A stretch of 64,000 bases of DNA from an uncultured Alphaproteobacteria bacterium. GTDB taxonomy: Bacteria; Pseudomonadota; Alphaproteobacteria; RF32; CAG-239. Positions 16,904-25,613 of this stretch are shown one piece after another. The notes under the pieces are model-generated. The model saw only the letters and a list, made by a program, of their open reading frames with translations, had not been told where the DNA came from and ran no database searches. Where the stretch lies: assembly GCA_944393725.1 (NCBI GenBank), contig CALYBC010000025.1:67656-131655 (forward strand). Reading direction: 5' to 3'. Positions within the stretch are counted from its first letter, which is position 1. Each line of letters opens with the position of its first letter. The position numbers and the translations under genes are program-made.

Positions 16904-17266
16904 TTAGAGTTTACTTTTAACGGTTAAACGCATTATCAAAGGATTTTTCGATTCTTTAGAAATTTCGAGCGTTTCACCTTCGCGTTCAAACAGTAATTTA
17001 TTGCTTTTTTGCTTTTTCAGCATCCAGCCCATCTGAGGTAGGGTATCAACATAAAATTTCACAACTTCGCCAAAGCTCAGATTTTTAGAAGACAGATATG
17101 TTTCGATAAGTCTTATTTCCTCGTTGCCGAAATTAAGACTACCGTTTTCAATTTGCTCCAATCCGTCTGGCAGCGGAATATCTTCCAGCCCCTCAACAAA
17201 GTCTGCTCTTGCGGGCAAAATCATAAATCCGGATAAAAACAAAATTAACAAGCAAAGTTTTTTCAT
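16904..17266 (-). CDS. Small exported protein of unknown function
   Basis: Signal peptide MKKLCLLILFLSGFMILPARA. Its start overlaps the mutM stop (ATGA), so the two are translationally coupled. Confidence 0.6.
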   Translation of the reverse strand: MKKLCLLILFLSGFMILPARADFVEGLEDIPLPDGLEQIENGSLNFGNEEIRLIETYLSSKNLSFGEVVKFYVDTLPQMGWMLKKQKSNKLLFEREGETLEISKESKNPLIMRLTVKSKL

Positions 17267-18105
17267 TTTTGCAAACTTTCACAAAAGAAGGTCGAACGAC
17301 CATTTTGTACGATTTTTTTGATTCCGCCGGTCTTCGTAATATCGCATACACAGTCAGGACATTTTTGACCGGTTTTGTTGTATACGCAATGCATATTTTG
17401 AAAGTATCCCAAAGAGCCGTCCGGTTTTTTATAATCATGCAAGGTTGAGCCTCCGGCCTTAATGGCCATATCTAATACCTCGTGAGTTTTTTCAATAATG
17501 GTTTTGCATTCTTCACAAGATATTGATTCGGCGGCTCTAAGCGGAGAAATTCTGGATTTATATAAAATTTCCGAAGCATAAATATTGCCGATACCCGCAA
17601 TAATATTTTGTTCCAATAAAGCGGTTTTGATATTTGTTTTTTTCTTTGTTTTGAGCTTGGACATGAGGTATGTTGCGGTTAAATTTTTATCAAACGGATC
17701 AATACCCGTGTTGCCAAATATTTTAGACTTTGGTAGTTCCGAAGTTTTACAATAGGTAAACAAACCAAAGCGTCTAGGGTCATTATAAATCATTATCCCG
17801 TTTGTTGTCTTGATAACAACATGATCATGCTTTGCCAGAGGATTCGGCACCGCATCGCCTATAATAACTTTTCCGCTCATTCCCATATGCCAAATCAAAC
17901 TTATTCCATTACTCAAATCAATAACAATATACTTGGCAATCCTTCTGTATGCCAGTATCCGAGCTCCTTTAACCATCTCAGGCAGTTCGGCAGGAATTTT
18001 GCATCGCAGATTGGGGTTGTAGATTGATACTTCCTCAATCCGAGCATTTGAGATAGCTTTTTCGATAGCTCGTTTAATAGTCTCCACTTCCGGTAATTCG
18101 GGCAT
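17263..18105 (-). CDS. mutM: Formamidopyrimidine-DNA glycosylase (Fpg/MutM)
   Basis: The obligatory N-terminus MPELPEVE (catalytic Pro2/Glu3) fixes the start at ATG 18105. H2TH region, and a C-terminal Cys cluster CPDCVC...C. Confidence 0.9.
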   Translation of the reverse strand: MPELPEVETIKRAIEKAISNARIEEVSIYNPNLRCKIPAELPEMVKGARILAYRRIAKYIVIDLSNGISLIWHMGMSGKVIIGDAVPNPLAKHDHVVIKTTNGIMIYNDPRRFGLFTYCKTSELPKSKIFGNTGIDPFDKNLTATYLMSKLKTKKKTNIKTALLEQNIIAGIGNIYASEILYKSRISPLRAAESISCEECKTIIEKTHEVLDMAIKAGGSTLHDYKKPDGSLGYFQNMHCVYNKTGQKCPDCVCDITKTGGIKKIVQNGRSTFFCESLQK

Positions 18106-18241
18106 AAGCGTTACATCCATCGATTCAAATAAAACTATCGTCAGTATAGATATATTTTTTTATCAATACAACAACAAATAAACAGTTGCACTAAAGGCTT
18201 AAATGTACTAACTTCACCAAGTTAACCAAAAAAGAAGCAAA

Positions 18242-18778
18242 ATGATAAAAAAACGCAAGCGGCAAAGCAAATATTTTGCTCCGCAAAATGAAAATCATGA
18301 ACATATCTGTGATTATCCGGGGTGCCACAAAGCCGGAGAGTATCGTGCACCCAAAGATCGTACACTAAAAGAATATTACTGGTTTTGCTTAGAACATGTC
18401 CAAGAATATAATTCCAAATGGAACTATTATGGCGATGACTTTGCCTCGGCCGAAAAAGAAGATTTTGCCGGCAAATTCAGATTCTCTTCAAGGGTTAAAT
18501 ATAATTTTGGGTTTGATTTTAGTCGCGGATACGATGTGTTTGACGACCTTAGTTTTAGCCAACATAACTCGCACATACACCTCACTCCGTCAGAACATGA
18601 AGCCTTAAAAATCATGGAAATAGAGGTTGAAGATTTAGATGTTGACTTGCTTAAGAAAGCGTACAAAAAAGCGGTGAAAAAATACCATCCCGACATTAAT
18701 TCTGATAACAAAGATGCCGAAGAAAAATTCAAAATCATCAGCACATCATACAAAACGATATTAAAGAAACTGGAATAA
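18242..18778 (+). CDS. J-domain protein with an N-terminal Cys/His cluster
   Basis: C-terminal J domain (LLKKAYKKAVKKYHPDINSDNKDAEEKFKIISTSY, HPD present). The N-terminus reads CDYPGCHKAGEYRAPKDR...YYWFCLEH. Confidence 0.75.
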   Translation: MIKKRKRQSKYFAPQNENHEHICDYPGCHKAGEYRAPKDRTLKEYYWFCLEHVQEYNSKWNYYGDDFASAEKEDFAGKFRFSSRVKYNFGFDFSRGYDVFDDLSFSQHNSHIHLTPSEHEALKIMEIEVEDLDVDLLKKAYKKAVKKYHPDINSDNKDAEEKFKIISTSYKTILKKLE

Positions 18779-19585
18779 CTATTCTCGTTGTTTTGTGTTG
18801 ATATTTTTTTTGTTATTTTGCTTTTCCAGTTTTTTAATTCTTTTAGCAGCTTTTTTCGGCTCTTTGCGGCCTGATTTTTCCAGTATCATTTCGGCAGTTT
18901 CTTTAGTGGTTTTAGCCTTTCCGATTTTAATTAATTCATCGGTTTTCAAATCGGCAAGATTTTTAGAAAAATCTTTCTGTGATAATGAAGCATCTTGGAT
19001 TCGACTTATACCCTTTATCACATTTTGTGCATCATTTTTAGAAAGTTTTTTAGTTTTTACTTTGGTTTTATCAGCAATAGTTTGTTGTAAAACTTGTTCA
19101 AAAGTTTCGGAGCTTTGAGTAACATTTTGCAAGTTTTCATTAATAATTTTTCTTTTGATACCTTTAAGTCCCAGTTTTTTAGAGGTTCGGTCGGCAGCCA
19201 GAATGGCTTCCATCTTTCCGGCCGTCTGTTGCATTTTTTGGTTTTCCAAAGTTTGTTTAAACTCAAGCTTTGCCTTTTCTTCTTCCTTTAAGGCATTCAG
19301 CAAAGAAGAATTTTCATTTTCCAAAGCAAAGTCAAACATGATTGGAGCGTTTTCATCATCCTCTTCGTCATCTTCATCATAGACTTCACGGATTTTAGTT
19401 TTAAGCTTTTTCAGATTCGGCGGTAAATTTTTAATCTGCTTAGCGGTTTGTTTAAAATTGTTACGATCTTTAGCCTCTGCGGTTAAAGCTTTTTTTATAT
19501 CGATTCTTCTGGAGTTTTTTTCGTTTTTATCAACCCCCTTTTTTTGTTCCCAATCTATATTAAGTGGTTCATCATCACTAAGCAT
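18779..19585 (-). CDS. Lys/Glu-rich hypothetical protein
   Basis: Highly charged, low-complexity 268 aa. ATG 19585 has an AGGA RBS; the ORF-track start is a TTG at 19603. Lies immediately downstream of the PAS-protein gene. Confidence 0.55.
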   Translation of the reverse strand: MLSDDEPLNIDWEQKKGVDKNEKNSRRIDIKKALTAEAKDRNNFKQTAKQIKNLPPNLKKLKTKIREVYDEDDEEDDENAPIMFDFALENENSSLLNALKEEEKAKLEFKQTLENQKMQQTAGKMEAILAADRTSKKLGLKGIKRKIINENLQNVTQSSETFEQVLQQTIADKTKVKTKKLSKNDAQNVIKGISRIQDASLSQKDFSKNLADLKTDELIKIGKAKTTKETAEMILEKSGRKEPKKAAKRIKKLEKQNNKKNINTKQRE

Positions 19586-19636
19586 TTTTATCCTCAAATA
19601 CAAAACAGCATCATTTTACACCTAAAAAACAGTAAG

Positions 19637-21358
19637 TCAATCATCAGTAATATCCTTGGCTAAATACGATATCATCAAAGAGCCGTTTGATAAATTTGCG
19701 ATTGACAGCTCCAAACTTTTATTATCATTACGCCGCAAGAAAACGGTTTTTGCGGTCATACTCAAAATATTATCGCTTATACCTTTTTTGATTTCGTCCC
19801 AATCTGCGTCGGCAGAAAAGAAAGTTTTTTGGCTATCCAACACTTCTTCAAATGTAGGTTCGCCGTCCAAAAAGCTTTTATCGGCGTTCCACAAATTGAT
19901 ATAAGCCTGATTATAAAAATTAACTCTTCCGTTTGTTCCGAATATAATTACCGCATCAAAAAGATTTTGCAGCATTTCGTTTTGTACCGAAATTATGGCA
20001 TTATAGGCACTTGTAGCGGCCAACCGATCAGAAATATCTTCATACGCGAATACGATTCCGCCCAGAGGGTAAGGGGCTCGCATTCTGCGCAAAGTTTTCC
20101 CGTTTGGCAGGTGCATTAAATCATTTGTCGGCTCAAAAATCCTTGAAAATTTTTTAACTTCATCTTGTCTAAAAGCTTTAAAATCAGGAACTTCCGGCAA
20201 CAATCTTTTTTCTCGTAACACATCTAAAAATGCCGAATAACTTGGCTTTTCATCTAAAAAGGTGCTGTCAAGATTCCATAATTTAGCAAACGCTTGATTA
20301 TAGAAATTAAGTATCATGTTTTGGTTAAATACGGCAAAAGCAGTTCCCAGGGCCCCCAAAATTTCCAGCTGAGCTTCTTGGTGTTGCTTAAGATTTCTGC
20401 GTAACTGGTCAAGTTCGTTTATATCAGTCAGACAGCCGGCAGAAAAAGTCTTATCAAGATTTTGTTCGGCATAAAAAGGTGTCTCACAAACTTCCATCGC
20501 CACACGACCTCCGTCTACGATAATTCCGACCGGAGTTTTGGCTCTTCGGTTAGATTTGTGAACTCGTTTTGCCAGTTCTAAAGAAATACTCTCACCGTTT
20601 GTTCCGATAATCTCGGAATTTGTTTCTAAAATTTCGTCTTTTGTTTTATTGGGTAAAAATTCTGCATATTTTTTATTACAAAACACTATTTTATAATTAT
20701 TATCTCTTAACCAAATTGCCAGAGGTAGATTGTCAAGCAAATCCAGTAGCCTGTTTAGCTTGTTTTTTAGATCAGATTTTTCTGCTTCCAGAGATTTAAT
20801 GCGATTCGTAGCAAAGCTTACATCTCTAAACCAAATCATATCGCAGTATATATTACCGTCAGCACCGCTGATTCTAACTCCTTCAAGTCGGATATATTTT
20901 TCCGAATTTTTTAAGATAAAATAATCTTCAAAAGCTACGCCTTCCTCCATCAATAATGCGACATACTTATATATTTTTTTTACATCATCCTTATAGAAAT
21001 TTTTCATAACTTCTTCAAAAGAAGACTTTGTACCGGAAGGCAAATTCAAGATCACGGCCAATCGTCTTGAGCATCGTTCTACAATATTTTTTCTGGGGTC
21101 ATTAACTTTTTCATCCGGATATATAAAAGCAAAATACCCATCATGAGAAGCATAAAGTGTTTCGGCATACCGTTCTCTGTCGCGTTTAAGAAAATAATTT
21201 TTTTGTCTTTGTTTGAGGTTAACAAAGCTAAGAGAAGCCACAAACAGCAACAACACCAGAAAAACGGTGATAAGTAAGAACCATAATTCCGGTGCGGCAT
21301 AGTAAAAATCTTGCAGTAGTTCTAAATCCAGCATCCGCGACCATATGCAAAAAAACAT
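19637..21358 (-). CDS. Membrane-anchored multi-PAS protein lacking a kinase module
   Basis: N-terminal TM (LWFLLITVFLVLLLFVASLSFV) followed by three PAS-like units (IVFCNKKYAEF..., ILNFYNQAFAKLWNLD, RVNFYNQAYINLWNAD). It ends ...ISYLAKDITDD with no HisKA/HATPase motifs. Confidence 0.7.
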   Translation of the reverse strand: MFFCIWSRMLDLELLQDFYYAAPELWFLLITVFLVLLLFVASLSFVNLKQRQKNYFLKRDRERYAETLYASHDGYFAFIYPDEKVNDPRKNIVERCSRRLAVILNLPSGTKSSFEEVMKNFYKDDVKKIYKYVALLMEEGVAFEDYFILKNSEKYIRLEGVRISGADGNIYCDMIWFRDVSFATNRIKSLEAEKSDLKNKLNRLLDLLDNLPLAIWLRDNNYKIVFCNKKYAEFLPNKTKDEILETNSEIIGTNGESISLELAKRVHKSNRRAKTPVGIIVDGGRVAMEVCETPFYAEQNLDKTFSAGCLTDINELDQLRRNLKQHQEAQLEILGALGTAFAVFNQNMILNFYNQAFAKLWNLDSTFLDEKPSYSAFLDVLREKRLLPEVPDFKAFRQDEVKKFSRIFEPTNDLMHLPNGKTLRRMRAPYPLGGIVFAYEDISDRLAATSAYNAIISVQNEMLQNLFDAVIIFGTNGRVNFYNQAYINLWNADKSFLDGEPTFEEVLDSQKTFFSADADWDEIKKGISDNILSMTAKTVFLRRNDNKSLELSIANLSNGSLMISYLAKDITDD

Positions 21359-21425
21359 TGTTTATTTGAGGATATTATTATATAAAACACATTATTAAAA
21401 CCTAAAAATTAGAGTAAGTGGAAAA

Positions 21426-22091
21426 ATGATAAGTTTGGCATTTGATACGACAGCCGCCGCATGCAGCGTACTACTAAAAAACGATAACAATATATTGTAT
21501 AAATCCGAAAATTTGATGGAATTCGGACAGTCGGAATTTTTGCTTCCGGAAATAGAAAAAGCTTTGCGGCAAAGTGGTGTTGTCTTTGCCGATATTGACA
21601 GCCTTTTTGTTTGCGTCGGCCCGGGTTCATTTACCGGAGTTCGTTCCGGTATTGCCGCGGCCAGAGTGTTTAAGCTGGCATCTCCTAAATTAAACCTTGG
21701 TGGTGTTTCGGCATTTGAAGCATATAAAAAAACATTTGATGTCGCAGACATTGCAGAACTAAATGCCGTAATTATCGAAACTCGCAGGGATGATTTTTAT
21801 GTTCAGGTATTTGACAAACACCTCCAACCTCTATCCATGCCTGATGCAAAATCAAGAGAAGACATAATAACTTCTCTTAAAGGTAAATTGGTTTCATTGT
21901 CAGGAGATGGCGTTGAAAGGTTTTTATCATATCCCAGCGGATTGTGCTTGCTCGCCATCAAAATGTATGATTGTCCGCCCATAGAAGACTTGTTGGCAGC
22001 CGGAGAAGATATGCTCAAAGAAAAGAAACTCAACTTTCCTAAACCGCTTTATTTACGCGCTGCGGATGTTAGTATGCCCAAAAGCAGATAA
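21426..22091 (+). CDS. tsaB: tRNA t6A37 modification protein TsaB (YeaZ)
   Basis: MISLAFDTTAAACSV... and GPGSFTGVRSGIAAARV are typical of TsaB. Confidence 0.85.
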   Translation: MISLAFDTTAAACSVLLKNDNNILYKSENLMEFGQSEFLLPEIEKALRQSGVVFADIDSLFVCVGPGSFTGVRSGIAAARVFKLASPKLNLGGVSAFEAYKKTFDVADIAELNAVIIETRRDDFYVQVFDKHLQPLSMPDAKSREDIITSLKGKLVSLSGDGVERFLSYPSGLCLLAIKMYDCPPIEDLLAAGEDMLKEKKLNFPKPLYLRAADVSMPKSR

Positions 22092-22097
22092 AATTTT

Positions 22098-22640
22098 TTA
22101 ACTTCTTCCGTATGAGCGAGAGTTATCCATCATTCTTTGACGCACTTTAGCCAGCTCGTATTCTCTTCTGTTGCGTTCTCGTTTAGCTCTTTCTTTTGGT
22201 GTCTCGCGATAGTTGGTTTTTACTTCACGCAAAGCCATTATTTTCTTTACCATTTCGGCTCGCGATACCCCCGGAGTGCTTTTTACTAAAAAATCGTTTA
22301 TTATTTCCGGAGTTAAAACCTGTTCAAGATTTTTAGCCAAATCGGCATCTGCCAGGATTCTGTTTAATTCAACACTGAGTGTTTCTTCAAAATCTTCATC
22401 GTCATCATCATCAGCATTATCACGCAGTATTTTAATTAAAGAGTCTTTGAATAACTTATTGACCAGCTTATTAAAGTTTTTTTTCAAAACAGTTTCATTT
22501 TTTGAGGCATTCATCAGCGCAAACAGCAGTAGATTTTTGACATACTTCTTTTGCTTTGCCGAAAGGTTAAGGTTGCCGGAGATTCCGCCCTTCAGAAGAT
22601 TAAGAATTTCGTTTCTTTCTTTTTCAAATTTTTCTGCCAT
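22098..22640 (-). CDS. Hypothetical protein with an acidic tract, coupled to rppH
   Basis: 180 aa with DNADDDDDEDFEE and a basic C-terminus. Its ATG overlaps the rppH stop (ATGA). Confidence 0.55.
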   Translation of the reverse strand: MAEKFEKERNEILNLLKGGISGNLNLSAKQKKYVKNLLLFALMNASKNETVLKKNFNKLVNKLFKDSLIKILRDNADDDDDEDFEETLSVELNRILADADLAKNLEQVLTPEIINDFLVKSTPGVSRAEMVKKIMALREVKTNYRETPKERAKRERNRREYELAKVRQRMMDNSRSYGRS

Positions 22641-23119
22641 TATGAAGTTCCTTCAATATAATTTCGAAATTCATCGGCTACTTTTTGATAAACATCTTTT
22701 TTAAACGCAACAATTTTCTGCGGAGCCTCGCTCAAGTCTGCCCACATAAAGCTCTTAAATTCGATTTCTTGGGGGTTTGTATTAAAATCTATGTCGCCGT
22801 CTTTTCCCAAAAATTCAAACAAGAACCAGTGCTGTTCTTGTCCCAACACTCGCTTGTTCTCGGATTGAAACTTTTTGACGATAGCCACAGGAAAGTTATA
22901 TTTCAGAGGGTGTTTTATCTCTGCCAATAATCTCACATTAGTAATAGCGGTTTCTTCACGCAATTCCCTGATTGCGGCATCAAAAGGCGTCTCTCCTTTT
23001 TCAATTCCTCCTTGCGGAAATTGCCATTGCCAATCTTTGCAGTCAGCTCTTGCACACAAGAGCACTTTTTTGTTTTTAGTTACGACGATGCCGACAGATT
23101 TTCTGTATACTTCAATCAT
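22640..23119 (-). CDS. rppH: RNA pyrophosphohydrolase (Nudix)
   Basis: Nudix box GGIEKGETPFDAAIRELREETAI. 159 aa. RppH/IalA-like context. Confidence 0.85.
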   Translation of the reverse strand: MIEVYRKSVGIVVTKNKKVLLCARADCKDWQWQFPQGGIEKGETPFDAAIRELREETAITNVRLLAEIKHPLKYNFPVAIVKKFQSENKRVLGQEQHWFLFEFLGKDGDIDFNTNPQEIEFKSFMWADLSEAPQKIVAFKKDVYQKVADEFRNYIEGTS

Positions 23120-24294
23120 TATTCAACCACCAAATTTGAAACGGGAACTAATGCAAAAGGTTTGGATATTTCCACCTTTTTTGCCTCCTCATACGATATT
23201 TGCGGCGAAAAAGTATTAATCCAGTTATAAATTGCCAAGATTGTTACCGGTTTAGGAGCGGCGACAATCAAGACTTGTCCTTTATTAAAAGCAATATTTT
23301 CTGCTTTTTGTAGGAGCTCTTCTACCTCATGTTTTACCATGTCCTTAGATATGACTATGTCGGCTTTGCGTCTTGCCAAACCATCTACTTGTAAATCGTC
23401 AATTATTTTTTCATTTGACGCATCAATCACCAAGAGGCCGCGTTGCTTAGTTTCCGTCAATAACTCTTTTATAATATGAGAATTTTCCGGCACAACCAAC
23501 CCGTCATCGACCACTATACCGCCGATAGGAGCCTTGGTCGCAATAGTTTTATGAAATCTTGCCACAGCTTCATCTTTGGTAAGATCTGTGGTTATAGACA
23601 ACGGCCCGGAGTCTTCTTTGGAAAAATCTCTGGAGGACAACAATAAATCCATATATGTTTCATGGCCTTTTTCTCTTGCTGCCAGAATAGCGGTTTCCGG
23701 TTTTGGGGTATATGGAGTAAAGCTGACAGATACCTCAGAATCAAAAGCTTCTGCCACCTTAGTTACGGAAAATTGGTTAAAACCCATTCCGGCAATAACA
23801 ATAGCGACTTTTTTAAAGTTTGGTTGTGTATCAACCGAATTTCCGTATTCGCTCCAAGGTTTTCTTCCGTCGGTAGCTATTTTCGGTAATATCACCCCTT
23901 TTTCATCTATTTCGTACAAGTTTTCATCAAGGCTGATATATTTAAGTTGTTGTGTCGGATTTTTAGCCGGCAGATTAAATATGTTGGGCACCGCCGCTAA
24001 TAAATCCTCCAAAGAAAAATCAGGATTTTCCTCTATTTCTTTTTTTACCTGAGTTTCTCTCACATCATCGACGAATGCATCAATTTTTGTTTTTTCCGGT
24101 GTTAACTTGTCAGGCAAAGTCAGAATAAATTTTGGAGCTTTATTATCTTTATCAAACATCAACTTATCGATTTTTGACTTGTAAACCGGCTCACTTTTTT
24201 CTTCGGCAAACCAATAGCCGACCCCAATAACCGAGGCGACAATAACCAGTATCGCCACTATAAGTTTGTCATATTTTTCTAAAGTGCTCTGCAA
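23119..24294 (-). CDS. Divergent polysaccharide deacetylase family protein (YibQ-like)
   Basis: N-terminal TM anchor and a C-terminal YibQ-like domain (VAIVIAGMGF..., GHETYMDLLL, PIGGIVVDDG). Lies downstream of ctpA/envC, as in the gpmM-envC-yibQ synteny. Confidence 0.7.
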   Translation of the reverse strand: MQSTLEKYDKLIVAILVIVASVIGVGYWFAEEKSEPVYKSKIDKLMFDKDNKAPKFILTLPDKLTPEKTKIDAFVDDVRETQVKKEIEENPDFSLEDLLAAVPNIFNLPAKNPTQQLKYISLDENLYEIDEKGVILPKIATDGRKPWSEYGNSVDTQPNFKKVAIVIAGMGFNQFSVTKVAEAFDSEVSVSFTPYTPKPETAILAAREKGHETYMDLLLSSRDFSKEDSGPLSITTDLTKDEAVARFHKTIATKAPIGGIVVDDGLVVPENSHIIKELLTETKQRGLLVIDASNEKIIDDLQVDGLARRKADIVISKDMVKHEVEELLQKAENIAFNKGQVLIVAAPKPVTILAIYNWINTFSPQISYEEAKKVEISKPFALVPVSNLVVE

Positions 24295-24310
24295 GGATAA
24301 TCTCCCGTAT

Positions 24311-25597
24311 CTATTTATCTGCCGAAGTATATATGTTAAGAGCCTTAACCGTATCTACCGCACGAAGCAACTGATAATCTTTTCTCCAATCTTTATCTTC
24401 TTCCTTCTTGTCTTTATCTTTTTTGTTTTCGCCTATGGTTTCATTCTTAAGAGCATTGGTATATTCTGCTTCGCTGAACTCATATTCATCGGTATACTCT
24501 TCCAACTTTGCCGGATGAACAATAATATCCGGTTCTATACCGGTTGCCTGTATTGAACGCCCCGAAGGAGTATAATATTTTGCGGTGGTAAGACGCATAG
24601 CACTTTTTTCGCCCAAAGGAACAACCGTCTGTACGCTTCCTTTACCAAAAGATTTTTCACCCATAATTACGGCACGTTTGTGGTCTTGCAGGGCACCGGC
24701 AACAATTTCCGAAGCCGAAGCCGAGCCGCTGTTAATCAATACCACGATAGGCAGGCCGTTAGTAATATCCTCTCCTTTAGCCGAGTAGCGTAAAGTGTCT
24801 TCCTCATTACGAGCTTTGGTTGAAACCACCTCTTTTTTACCCAAAAACAGTCCGGAAACGGCAACGGCCTGATCCAACAAACCTCCCGGATTGTTTCTTA
24901 CATCAAGCACTATTCCCTTAAATGGAGTTTTTCGTTTTTTGGTTTCTTTTTCAAACAGCTCCTTTATGTCTTTATCAACATCCTCCGAAAATGAGCCGAT
25001 TCTGATATAAAGCACATCATCATCCTTAATATCGCTTTTAACCGATTGAGTTTTAATTTCTTCTCTTTTTAAGGTAACCTCAAAAGGCTTTTCATTTAGA
25101 CGGCGGATTGTAAGTTTAACCTTGGTCCCCGGTTTTCCTCTCATCTTGTCAACGGCTTCGTTAAGAGTCATACCGATTATTGTTTCGCCGTCAATATTGG
25201 TGATATAGTCACCGGGTTTTAATCCGGCCTTAAATGCCGGAGTATCATCAATCGGGGAAATAATTTTAACCACGCCTTGTTCCATTGTGATTTCGATTCC
25301 CAGACCGCCGAATTTGCCGCTGGTTTGCTCGGTCATATATTTAAAATCTTTCTCATCCAAATAGCTTGAGTGTGGGTCAAGAGAAGACAACATACCGTTA
25401 ATTGCCGATTCGATTAATTGTTTATCGGTAACTTCTTCGACATAGTTAGCCTTAGCCCTTTCCATAGCCTCGCCGAACATATTTAACAATTCATATGTGT
25501 TGGTTTGCTCGTCCTTGCTTTCTTCGGCTTTTTTAGCCCAAGCGGCCTGAGTTGTAATAAACATTGCGGCAACTGCTATTAACAATATTTTCTTCAT
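24311..25597 (-). CDS. ctpA: Carboxy-terminal processing protease (S41)
   Basis: Signal peptide, PDZ region (GGLGIEI...PAFKAGLKPGDYI), and S41 catalytic region (NSGSASASEIVAGALQD). Confidence 0.9.
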   Translation of the reverse strand: MKKILLIAVAAMFITTQAAWAKKAEESKDEQTNTYELLNMFGEAMERAKANYVEEVTDKQLIESAINGMLSSLDPHSSYLDEKDFKYMTEQTSGKFGGLGIEITMEQGVVKIISPIDDTPAFKAGLKPGDYITNIDGETIIGMTLNEAVDKMRGKPGTKVKLTIRRLNEKPFEVTLKREEIKTQSVKSDIKDDDVLYIRIGSFSEDVDKDIKELFEKETKKRKTPFKGIVLDVRNNPGGLLDQAVAVSGLFLGKKEVVSTKARNEEDTLRYSAKGEDITNGLPIVVLINSGSASASEIVAGALQDHKRAVIMGEKSFGKGSVQTVVPLGEKSAMRLTTAKYYTPSGRSIQATGIEPDIIVHPAKLEEYTDEYEFSEAEYTNALKNETIGENKKDKDKKEEDKDWRKDYQLLRAVDTVKALNIYTSADK

Positions 25598-25613
25598 GAT
25601 TTAAGCACCCCAT

